From Alphaproteobacteria bacterium (GTDB taxonomy: Bacteria; Pseudomonadota; Alphaproteobacteria; Rs-D84): DNA of 64,000 bases. The DNA lies in assembly GCA_017443235.1 (NCBI GenBank), contig JAFSOV010000007.1, positions 4,769-68,768 of the forward strand, given 5' to 3'. The notes under the pieces were generated by a model that was given only the letters and a program-made list of their open reading frames with translations, had not been told where the DNA came from and made no database searches. Each line of letters opens with the position of its first letter. Within the stretch, counting starts at the first letter, position 1. A program made the translations under genes and the position numbers. This document shows, one piece after another, positions 29,233 to 37,729 of the stretch.

Positions 29233-29338
29233 AGTGGTTAGTGTTAGTGGATAGTGGTTAGTAAATTCTGGAATAAGTTCACAATTACAAAATTATTCCG
29301 GAACCTGCTAACCACTAACACTAACCACTAATCACTAA
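29231..29338. repeat. Palindromic TTAGTGG-unit repeat element (best-preserved copy)
   Basis: Left arm ttagtggttagtgttagtggatagtggttagta (29231-29263) and right arm ctaaccactaacactaaccactaatcactaa (29308-29338) are inverted. The core contains its own small inverted repeat, ctggaataa...ttattccgg. Confidence 0.85.
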
Positions 29339-29370
29339 AAAATTGCCGTGCGGAGGAAATGCACGGCAAT
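29335..29370 (-). terminator. Rho-independent terminator of the surface-protein gene
   Basis: A 10-bp stem, attgccgtgc/gcacggcaat, is followed on the minus strand by a T-run. Confidence 0.8.
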
Positions 29371-29388
29371 TGACTTTACTTGGTATAC

Positions 29389-30315
29389 TTACGATTGACT
29401 GCCACCGGTGACACAATTGATCGTAATCAAATCACATGGTGTGGTACCACCATCACTGGATGCACATGTGTGTGTGCAATTTTGTAATGCGGTGACCGCA
29501 GTTTGAACGGTATTCAGTGCCGATGCAGCAACCAATTTATTTGCATCTGTACCCGCGGTATACGATGATGCATCGCTGTAAATTCCGCGTTCACCGATTT
29601 GACCGGCCGTACCTGTATAAGTGATAACTGTTGTACCGGCTGTTGCACTGTTTGTACCGGTCGCAGGTATCGTTGCCTGTTTACCGTTCAATGCGGTTGT
29701 TGTTGCCGCATTGGTCAACGCGTGCGTAGTATCCGTTGTACTTTGTGTACCATTTAAAATATTAGTTGCCACGGAAGAGGCCTGACTATCAACGTATGTT
29801 TTCACAGCATTTGCCGTAGGTATTTTTGCCGCATCGGTTCCGCCGGTCCCAGCATTTGCCAAACTACCATCTGTTGTGGCATTAACATCAATAGTCACAG
29901 CACCCGTTGTTGCATTAACACTTTTGGTTGCATATGTACCATTGGTGACGGCATTTTCAACTGCAGACCACGCACCATTTTGGCCAACCTTATAAACCTG
30001 TGTAGTATCTTTATCCTGTTTATTTGCCAATGCATCGTGAACCGCATTTTCTGATGGTGCTTTATTTGTCACACCGTCAGTGATGGAATCTTCAACAAAA
30101 TTACTTGCCGCAACTTCGCCCAATTCCAAATTACCTTGCGAATTGACGATAAGTGTTTTACCAACGTTTGCGTTATTGGTACCAACACCCTGGGCAATAT
30201 CTACTTTCAAATTATCCCTGTTATCAACGTATGTTTTTGATGTGACGATTGTGTCTGCGGACGCGGCCACGGACGCCATTATCGCCGCCAACGATATAAA
30301 TGCTAATTTTTTCAT
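29389..30315 (-). CDS. Secreted Thr/Ala/Asn-rich repetitive surface protein (308 aa)
   Basis: It has a signal peptide (MKKLAFISLAAIMASVAASA) and low-complexity T/A/N/G-rich sequence. Recurring motifs are APSENAVHDALANKQD, IPTANAVKTYVDSQ and LVAASALNTVQTAV. The tail is Cys-rich. Confidence 0.75.
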   Translation of the reverse strand: MKKLAFISLAAIMASVAASADTIVTSKTYVDNRDNLKVDIAQGVGTNNANVGKTLIVNSQGNLELGEVAASNFVEDSITDGVTNKAPSENAVHDALANKQDKDTTQVYKVGQNGAWSAVENAVTNGTYATKSVNATTGAVTIDVNATTDGSLANAGTGGTDAAKIPTANAVKTYVDSQASSVATNILNGTQSTTDTTHALTNAATTTALNGKQATIPATGTNSATAGTTVITYTGTAGQIGERGIYSDASSYTAGTDANKLVAASALNTVQTAVTALQNCTHTCASSDGGTTPCDLITINCVTGGSQS

Positions 30316-30659
30316 GCTTGTTTTCCCCCTTCCTTTTAGAGTCTGTTGTGTGTTTTTGAATCAAATGGTGAAACTGTGTGGTCGGGGCGTTGAGGAATCA
30401 TACAAGCAAATGACTCCGAAAGTCTTCAGATATACACTTTCGGCACCCCGACCCCATAACGGGAAAAATCGGGCGACACACCACATGTAACAAAAATTGT
30501 TGTACGTGCGTTGTGTCATACCTGTCTGAGACCCCTTCAAAAATCCCAAACCCAACAACTTCAATTGGATTCATACCTATTATATATGTTTTCCAGAAAT
30601 AAAACAAGCGTTATTTTACAAAAAACAATTTTCGCAAAATTTATCGTATTTCCGCATAC

Positions 30660-31706
30660 TTACGAAACAACCGTATCGGCAATCATTTTAACCGCGTGAT
30701 TTGGAACCAATGATTTTTTTGCCATTTTTTCCAAACGCGTCGGGTTTTCAAAAAGTTCCGTCAATGTTGCGGTCAACCATTTTGGGGTAAATTTATCCTG
30801 GGGCAGTGCAAACCCACCACCCAGTTTTTCAAAGTTTGCGGCATTGGCGGCCTGGTCCGGGTTTATGGATAATGGCACCAATATTGCCGGGCGACCGATT
30901 GTTGTCAATTCTATGACGGTACTGGCCCCACTGCGGCCGATAACCAGGTCTGCATCGGTAATCGCGTCCGCCATATTGCGAATAAACGACAAAACATTTG
31001 CGTGAATTTTATTGTCTGCATAGAATTTCTGCAATCGCGCAACGTTTTCCGGACGCGTTTGATGAGTTATAAAAACTTTTTTATTTTTCATATCGCGCAC
31101 CGCGATTGGCACAACATCGTCCAAAATTTGTGCGCCCAGCGACCCACCCGTCACCAAGATATGTGTTTTACCCGGCAAAGGCGCGCCGGCGCGTTCAATG
31201 AATTCACGCCGCACCGGCAACCCGGTATATACCACGCGCGCACCCGAATTTTTTGGAATGCCGGTGACGTTATTGAAACTGGTCATCAATGTTTTTACCC
31301 AACGCATTGCAAACCGATTTGCGCGACCGATTGCGCCGTTCTGTTCATGCAGGTATGTTGGAATGCCCCACACGTGCGCCGCAAACACCGCCGGCACAGA
31401 TGCATATCCACCGAATGCCACGACCCTATTGGGGCGCGAAAACACAAAACGCAGAATTAACGCAACCCCGGATGTTCCAATTTTGAACAAAGCCCATAAT
31501 TGTTTTATGCGACTTTTGGCGCCAACACCCGATGCCCAGATATGAACGCGTCGCGCACCACGCGGGGCGCCTTCGGCAACCATTTTTCGCACACGACCAT
31601 CGCATGAAATTGTTATTTTATGACCGCGTGATGCCAATTCGTGGGCCACCGCCAATGCCGGAAAAACATGTCCACCCGTGCCACCCGTTGCAATCCATAT
31701 TTTCAT
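30660..31706 (-). CDS. murG: UDP-N-acetylglucosamine--N-acetylmuramyl-(pentapeptide) pyrophosphoryl-undecaprenol GlcNAc transferase
   Basis: It carries the G-loop IATGGTGGHVFPALAVAHEL and a C-terminal GT28 domain. I trimmed the start to MKIWIATGG; the ORF track begins at 31784. Confidence 0.93.
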   Translation of the reverse strand: MKIWIATGGTGGHVFPALAVAHELASRGHKITISCDGRVRKMVAEGAPRGARRVHIWASGVGAKSRIKQLWALFKIGTSGVALILRFVFSRPNRVVAFGGYASVPAVFAAHVWGIPTYLHEQNGAIGRANRFAMRWVKTLMTSFNNVTGIPKNSGARVVYTGLPVRREFIERAGAPLPGKTHILVTGGSLGAQILDDVVPIAVRDMKNKKVFITHQTRPENVARLQKFYADNKIHANVLSFIRNMADAITDADLVIGRSGASTVIELTTIGRPAILVPLSINPDQAANAANFEKLGGGFALPQDKFTPKWLTATLTELFENPTRLEKMAKKSLVPNHAVKMIADTVVS

Positions 31707-31722
31707 CACGCGCCCCCTTTTA

Positions 31723-32862
31723 TTATTTCCATTTGTCTTCACGCACAATCGCCAACACCATACCGAACAACAGGCAAAAACCAATCAGCGAACTGCCCCC
31801 GTACGATATGAACGGCAAAGTCATACCCTTGGGCGCGAACAAATGCAATGTTGATATTAAATTTATACACGCCTGAATTCCAAACAGTGCCGCCGTGCCG
31901 CCCACCGCATAGAACACAAACCGGTCACGCGCATTCAATGCATCGGTCACCAATAACTTTAACACATACACCAATAAACAGAGCAACAAACACGCCATTA
32001 TCGCACCCAAATCTTCCACAATGGCGGCGTAAATAAAGTCTGTGTGTGCATCGGGCAGCGATTGTTTTATAAACGCATCATCGCCACGCCCAAACAACCC
32101 ACCGTGTTGAATTGACTGAACAGACTGAGTCACTTGGTACGTGTCACCGGTGCCGGTCAGCATAGATTCTATACGATTGTGAACGTGCGACATTGTATGA
32201 TACGCAAACACCAACATACCCGCACCCGCCGCAATCAGGCCCGCAAATATCGACCACGGCAAACCCGCAATCAACAACATTGCAACCAAAACCCCAAGGT
32301 ACAGCAAGGACGTTCCCACATCGGGGTGCGTTAAAATAATCACCAAAACCGGAATGAACAGTGCGATATAACTCCACCAACTGAACCAATGAAATTTCCA
32401 CGCAGATTTAACCGTGAACATATGTTCGCCAAAGCGTTGGCGCATACCCGCCAAAAACCAAGCGGTCAACATAATGAATCCGGGTTTCATAATATCAGAC
32501 GGCAAAACATTCACCGGGCCAATCGATACAAATCGTGCGGAACCCTTGATAATATGTGGGGAAACAACCGTCATCGCCAACAATAATAAACCAACCGCCA
32601 CATCGGCAACCGACAGCCCCAAAATCGTTTTCTTGTTCAATAAACTGGTCACGAACAATGTAATGACGCCGATGACATAAAACGGCAAAGCCTTGGCAAT
32701 AAAGAAATACCACGGTTGATTTATACGTTCGGCGGCGACACTGCCGGCGGAAACGGCAAAGCACATACCAATTGCAATCATCAGCAGTACGACATACAAC
32801 AACCGTCTGTCTATTTCAAAAAACCAACTGGTCAGTTTGCTTTCTTCCGTACGTTTGAACAT
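31723..32862 (-). CDS. ftsW: SEDS-family peptidoglycan glycosyltransferase FtsW
   Basis: 379 aa, polytopic, containing LPDAHTDFIYAAIVEDLG and PFISYGGSS. It lies between mraY and murG. Confidence 0.9.
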   Translation of the reverse strand: MFKRTEESKLTSWFFEIDRRLLYVVLLMIAIGMCFAVSAGSVAAERINQPWYFFIAKALPFYVIGVITLFVTSLLNKKTILGLSVADVAVGLLLLAMTVVSPHIIKGSARFVSIGPVNVLPSDIMKPGFIMLTAWFLAGMRQRFGEHMFTVKSAWKFHWFSWWSYIALFIPVLVIILTHPDVGTSLLYLGVLVAMLLIAGLPWSIFAGLIAAGAGMLVFAYHTMSHVHNRIESMLTGTGDTYQVTQSVQSIQHGGLFGRGDDAFIKQSLPDAHTDFIYAAIVEDLGAIMACLLLCLLVYVLKLLVTDALNARDRFVFYAVGGTAALFGIQACINLISTLHLFAPKGMTLPFISYGGSSLIGFCLLFGMVLAIVREDKWK

Positions 32863-32874
32863 TTAACCAATCCC

Positions 32875-33963
32875 TTATGCGAATTTTAATAACATCAGTG
32901 CCAGGCCCGAAAACAAGATAGACATAACAAAGAACCGGTCCACTATCTTGGTTTCGTCCCAACCCAATTCTTCAAAATGATGGTGCAATGGCGCGCGCAG
33001 GAACACCCGACGGCCCGTACCCGATATGCGCCGCGTGATTTTGAAAAACATTGTTTGAATAAACGATGACAACAATATCAAAACCATCATCGCCGCCGCA
33101 ATTCCCATAATGACTTCGGATTTAAGCAGCATCGCAACCGTTCCCATAAATCCACCCAAGGCCAATGAACCCACATCACCCATAAATATTGATGCAGGCC
33201 GCGCATTAAACCATAAAAAACCAAGTACCGCACCAAACGCCGCACCCAATACCGCGTACAGGCCACTGGTCGCCGGCATAAACAAAACCGTGTCCATAAA
33301 ACCAATGCGTGTCGCGCCATACAACGCAACAACCAAAACAATCAACACCGGCATATATAACTTGGCCAACATTCCATCCAAACCGTCTGTGATATTCGTT
33401 GCGTTCGCGCCACCACAGATAACAAAATATGCAAAAACATAGTAAAACAGACCAAGCGAGAATATTATCCCAAACGGTAACGCCAATGAATATTCCGGCA
33501 CATATGACGGCATAGTTTTATTTATCAAATATGCCAAAATTACGACGAATATGCCTTCGACAAACAAACGCATCATCGGCGTCAGGCCATTTGATGCCTT
33601 TTTGGATTGACTGGATACCTTTTTATAATCATCAACGAACCCAAGTGTGCCGAACATAACCAAAGCCAGCAATGCAATCCAACCCGTCATACTGTCCACC
33701 GGCATAAACAAAATCGCACCGATTAAAATCGCAATTATCACCAATATTCCGCCCATTGTCGGGGTGCCGGCCTTTTTGCGGTGTGATTCGGGAACATTTT
33801 CACTGATTGGTTGGCCTTTTTTCTGCCACGCGTGCATCGCACGAATAAATGGGCGCCCAAATATCATCATTATCAAAAACGCCGTGCCAAAGGCCGCACC
33901 AAACTGTGTCCAACCACCAAAAAACAATCCATAACCGTGTGATAACAAATAATCCGTAAGCAT
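32875..33963 (-). CDS. mraY: Phospho-N-acetylmuramoyl-pentapeptide transferase
   Basis: 362 aa containing PTMGGI, NATNITDGLDG and MGDVGSLALGG. Confidence 0.95.
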   Translation of the reverse strand: MLTDYLLSHGYGLFFGGWTQFGAAFGTAFLIMMIFGRPFIRAMHAWQKKGQPISENVPESHRKKAGTPTMGGILVIIAILIGAILFMPVDSMTGWIALLALVMFGTLGFVDDYKKVSSQSKKASNGLTPMMRLFVEGIFVVILAYLINKTMPSYVPEYSLALPFGIIFSLGLFYYVFAYFVICGGANATNITDGLDGMLAKLYMPVLIVLVVALYGATRIGFMDTVLFMPATSGLYAVLGAAFGAVLGFLWFNARPASIFMGDVGSLALGGFMGTVAMLLKSEVIMGIAAAMMVLILLSSFIQTMFFKITRRISGTGRRVFLRAPLHHHFEELGWDETKIVDRFFVMSILFSGLALMLLKFA

Positions 33964-34029
33964 AAATTCTCCTTTTATGCAATTATTGTATCACAAACGT
34001 GAAGATAATGAAATCTTATTTGAAAAAAA

Positions 34030-34317
34030 TTATTTACATTCAACCGGTTCTTCGTCACCGATAATCAATGTCCAATCGCGACCCTTGTTCCACAGGGTGA
34101 TTTCCGTATCGTTCAGGTTCGCAATATACCGCGCCCCATCGGCGGATGGCGCAATATTCATTTCCACCACGTCGCCATTCAAATCCGCGGTCAATTTTTC
34201 CCCGGATTCATCCAAATTGATTTCAACCGTATATTTATCGCAAACATATACATTGTCCGCACGGTCGCACGCAACCAAAGTCAACAAACCAATAAAACCA
34301 AACATAATTTTTTTCAT
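34030..34317 (-). CDS. mliC: MliC-family lipoprotein (membrane-bound lysozyme inhibitor, C-type)
   Basis: The likely start is MKKIMFGFIGLLTLVACD, which includes a lipobox. The pattern Y.C...V......L.A.L.G....M....SADGARY.......LWNKG.......C is typical of MliC. Confidence 0.7.
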   Translation of the reverse strand: MKKIMFGFIGLLTLVACDRADNVYVCDKYTVEINLDESGEKLTADLNGDVVEMNIAPSADGARYIANLNDTEITLWNKGRDWTLIIGDEEPVECK

Positions 34318-34333
34318 ATCATACCCCCTTGTC

Positions 34334-36412
34334 TTAGAACACGCCACCAACAACCGCACTGGACCCGGAATTGCCACTTTGATAGACAACCGGATTTGGA
34401 TGCTGGCCGGGCTTGAAAGCCTCGGTCACAATTGTGCCGTTTGGGTCTTCGGCGGCCGATGCGCCGGTGCGGCGGTTTACCCGCACAAAGTTCAACCCGT
34501 CCGGTACAGAAAACGGTTGGTTCTTTTCATTTTCCAACGCCACACGCATAAAGTCGGCGAATGCGGTTGCGGCCATATGGCTGCCTGCGCCTTTGCCCAA
34601 CGGTTTTGGCGTGTCATAACCCAAATACACCCCCGCAATCAGGTTTTTTGTGAACCCAACAAACCAAACATCTTTGACATCGTTTGTTGTGCCGGTTTTA
34701 CCCGCAATTGTGTGACCGGGAATTGCCGCCTGGCGACCGGTGCCGCGGTCAACAACGCCCTGTAATATCGACAACAATTGATACAGACTTTGCGGGTCCG
34801 ACAATGGTTCGGCATCATTTTTTTCTTCGACCGGTTCCATATCGGGCGACCAAGTCAATATTTCACTTTTATCGCCGCCGATAATGTTGCCATATCGGTC
34901 TTCGATATAGTCAACCAATTTCGGTTCAATTTTGCGGCCACCGTTCACAAATGCAGAATAACCCAAAACCAAATTTTCCAATGTTGTTTCACCCGAACCC
35001 AATGCCAAAGACAGATTCATATTCTTCATATCGGCCGGATACACGCCAAAGCGTTGTGCGGTCTCAATCGCATTTTCAACGCCGATTTTTTCGACCATAC
35101 GAACACTGGGGACATTACGCGAAGTTTCCAACGCAAAACGCAATGGCACATCACCAAGGAATTTCTTGTCATAATTTTCCGGCTTCCATTGCATATTGTT
35201 CTCGCGCCACCCAACAATCGGCGTATCAGAAATCAAATATTCTGGCGAAAAATCACGTTCCAATGCAGACAGATATACAAACGGTTTTATCGTACTGCCA
35301 ATCTGGCGGTATGCCTGGGTTGCACGGTTAAACGAACTTTCTGCGAACGAACGCCCACCCGCCATCGCCAACACACGACCCGTATGCGGATTCATAACAA
35401 TAATTGCGCCCTGTAATTTTTCACTGCGGCCCGCGTTATACGCATCCAACGCTTTGTTCAATGCCGCAGACGCCGCCCGTTGATAAACCGGATTGATTGT
35501 CGTTTTGATGTATAAACCTTGGTTATACAATGTTTCGCGCCCTAATTTGTCCAACAATTGTCGGCGCACATCTTCGGCAAAGTATTGAAAATCATCCTCC
35601 ATCTGGGCGGTGAAACCACTGTTGATATTCAATGGTTCGGCCGCGGCGGTGTTCGCCTCGTCCCGGGTGATATAGCCTTCATCGGCCATACGGCGTAAAA
35701 CATAGTTCCGGCGTTCTTCGGCACGCGCGCGGTCATTTGGTGCCTTGGGCAGAGACGCCAAGAACGCACATTCTGATAAAGTTAAATCTTTCACCGGTTT
35801 GTTAAAATACATCAATGCCGCAGAACCCACACCATATGCACGCGCACCCAAGAATATTTGATTCAAATACAGTGTCATAATATGCTTTTTCGAAAACGCG
35901 CGTTCCAGGCGCAATGCCAAAATCGCCTCTTTAATCTTTCGTGACATAGTGCGGTCGGACGAAAGGAAGAAATTTTTTGCAACCTGTTGAGTGATAGTTG
36001 ATGCGCCGGTAAAGGTTTTATCAAAACCGAACACACGCATCGCGTTGTTTATCGACGCACGCAAAATACCCTGGACATCTATACCGGGATGGGTCCAAAA
36101 ATTTTGGTCTTCGGCGGCAACGAACGCATTTATCAATTGCGGCGGCATATCTTCAAAGTCAATAAAGACGCGACGTTCTTCGGCATATTCAATCAAGAGC
36201 GAACCGTCCGCCGCATACAGGCGTGTCGCAACCGGTGGCGCATAGGTTGCCAATTTACGATAATCCGGCAAATTTCCACCATAAATTAAAAACAATGTCG
36301 CAGTCGCGGCAACCATTGCAACCACGCACCAAAATATAACGTGTAAAAAGATACGAAAAATTTTCTTGAATTTCATAAAAATGATTTTAAGACAAAAACT
36401 TTTCATTTGCAA
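34334..36412 (-). CDS. mrcA: Penicillin-binding protein 1A (bifunctional GT51 / transpeptidase)
   Basis: GT51 blocks are EDQNFWTHPGID, STITQQVAKNFF and RKIKEAILALRLE. Transpeptidase blocks are GSTIKPFVY and KTGTTND. The true start may be an internal Met (MKFKKIF). Confidence 0.93.
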   Translation of the reverse strand: MQMKSFCLKIIFMKFKKIFRIFLHVIFWCVVAMVAATATLFLIYGGNLPDYRKLATYAPPVATRLYAADGSLLIEYAEERRVFIDFEDMPPQLINAFVAAEDQNFWTHPGIDVQGILRASINNAMRVFGFDKTFTGASTITQQVAKNFFLSSDRTMSRKIKEAILALRLERAFSKKHIMTLYLNQIFLGARAYGVGSAALMYFNKPVKDLTLSECAFLASLPKAPNDRARAEERRNYVLRRMADEGYITRDEANTAAAEPLNINSGFTAQMEDDFQYFAEDVRRQLLDKLGRETLYNQGLYIKTTINPVYQRAASAALNKALDAYNAGRSEKLQGAIIVMNPHTGRVLAMAGGRSFAESSFNRATQAYRQIGSTIKPFVYLSALERDFSPEYLISDTPIVGWRENNMQWKPENYDKKFLGDVPLRFALETSRNVPSVRMVEKIGVENAIETAQRFGVYPADMKNMNLSLALGSGETTLENLVLGYSAFVNGGRKIEPKLVDYIEDRYGNIIGGDKSEILTWSPDMEPVEEKNDAEPLSDPQSLYQLLSILQGVVDRGTGRQAAIPGHTIAGKTGTTNDVKDVWFVGFTKNLIAGVYLGYDTPKPLGKGAGSHMAATAFADFMRVALENEKNQPFSVPDGLNFVRVNRRTGASAAEDPNGTIVTEAFKPGQHPNPVVYQSGNSGSSAVVGGVF

Positions 36413-36471
36413 GTGCGATATGAAGTTGTTAAACTAAAATTCGAAAGGAATATTTTATGGAGAGGTTAATC

Positions 36472-37647
36472 ATGAGAAAATTTCTAATCGCCATATGTGG
36501 AATTTTGGTTGTAAGCGGTGCATTGGGGGCAAAAAGCCAAAAGAGCCCTAACCCAGTTACAGACGCAATTAAACAATCATGGGGTTGGGGTGGTAATTAT
36601 AATCAATCCGTGGCCGGAGAATTTATGGATGCAGATTATCTTAATCAACGACACGGCGCATGTGGCAGAGATGAGGGTGCAGGTGTTGCAATTATTGCAC
36701 ACAAGATATGGGAACATGGCGGATATTTTTGCACAACACAAATTCAATCCGCAAATGCGGGAGGCAAGTCTTGGATTGATTTCTATAAGCGAACAGATAA
36801 CATATATAAATGCGAGACCATATGTATGCCTGGATATTATGGTACAAAATGTGAAAAAACCGGTGTTGGCGATTGTAATGATGGTGCAAACAAAGATTAT
36901 ACATCCGATTTGGATAATGTTATAGATAATTCCAAATTGGACAAAACCGATGGTTGCGAAACTGGGGTTATCACTTCTGATATAGATGTTTTCCGATATG
37001 TTTCGAACAGCAATAACAACAGACATTCTAATGTACATGTGTTGGGTGTTATTGAACGTAAAGAACACGGAGTGATTGTTGGTATAATTCAAGTCAATGC
37101 CAACAGAAGAAGTAATCATTATTCTTATATTGCCGATGTATATTCAGATGGCCAAACTAAATTGCTTTGCGCCGAAGGTTATGTTGCAAATTCTAATAAG
37201 ACGGACTGCATACCCGGGCCATTGTGTGCCACCGATGAAGACAAGTTGAATAATATGTGTCCCGGTTTTTCCGGATATGATTCATCCCAACACAGTCTTA
37301 AACACGATGCCGCAAAAAGTTGTTATTATTTCCGTTGCAAGAACAACAAGGGATTTCAAAGCGAGCTAAGTAGGACATGCATTGAATGTGAAGGTGGACT
37401 GTTGGCGTATGTGAATAACGATGGGTTATGCGACGTATGTATAAAGGGTGAATATCCCAGAAGCAGTGGCAACGGCTGCATACCAAAGGAGCAAATGGAC
37501 ACATATTCACAAACACAAATGAAATCTGGGCCTAATAGCAATCGGGATTGTTGGTTAGAAACCGACCCAGAAAAATTTGGCGGATGCGTGATATGCAGTT
37601 CAAATAATCAGTGTTGGGACGGTGGAAGTTGTACATCGTGCGATTGA
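36472..37647 (+). CDS. Secreted Cys-rich protein with EGF-like / furin-like repeats
   Basis: ORF 36457..37647 has a signal peptide (MRKFLIAICGILVVSGALGA). It contains CETICMPGYYGTKCEKTGVGDC (EGF-like spacing), CAEGYVANSNKTDCIPGPLC and CIECEGGLLAYVNNDGLCDVCIKGEYPRSSGNGCIP, with many paired Cys. Confidence 0.7.
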   Translation: MRKFLIAICGILVVSGALGAKSQKSPNPVTDAIKQSWGWGGNYNQSVAGEFMDADYLNQRHGACGRDEGAGVAIIAHKIWEHGGYFCTTQIQSANAGGKSWIDFYKRTDNIYKCETICMPGYYGTKCEKTGVGDCNDGANKDYTSDLDNVIDNSKLDKTDGCETGVITSDIDVFRYVSNSNNNRHSNVHVLGVIERKEHGVIVGIIQVNANRRSNHYSYIADVYSDGQTKLLCAEGYVANSNKTDCIPGPLCATDEDKLNNMCPGFSGYDSSQHSLKHDAAKSCYYFRCKNNKGFQSELSRTCIECEGGLLAYVNNDGLCDVCIKGEYPRSSGNGCIPKEQMDTYSQTQMKSGPNSNRDCWLETDPEKFGGCVICSSNNQCWDGGSCTSCD

Positions 37648-37661
37648 TGTCATTACGAATC

Positions 37662-37694
37662 AAAAAAAACGCCGGCGGTTGCCGGTGTTTTTTA
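37662..37694. terminator. Bidirectional terminator between the Cys-rich gene and the IMPase-like gene
   Basis: aaaaaaaacgccggcggttgccggtgtttttt: a GC hairpin flanked by A- and T-runs. Confidence 0.75.
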
Positions 37695-37729
37695 TCTACC
37701 CCACCGTGTTCCACGGTCCCCCCCCTTCA

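Noticed and set aside
29389-30315. Surface protein considered as an autotransporter or flagellin
   Set aside because: It has no C-terminal beta-barrel-like alternating hydrophobic pattern and no flagellin N/C helical termini. I kept it as a generic secreted repetitive protein.
33977-35416. Plus-strand ORFs of 262 and 212 aa across mliC/mrcA
   Set aside because: They are antisense to the MliC and PBP1A genes, whose motifs are clear.
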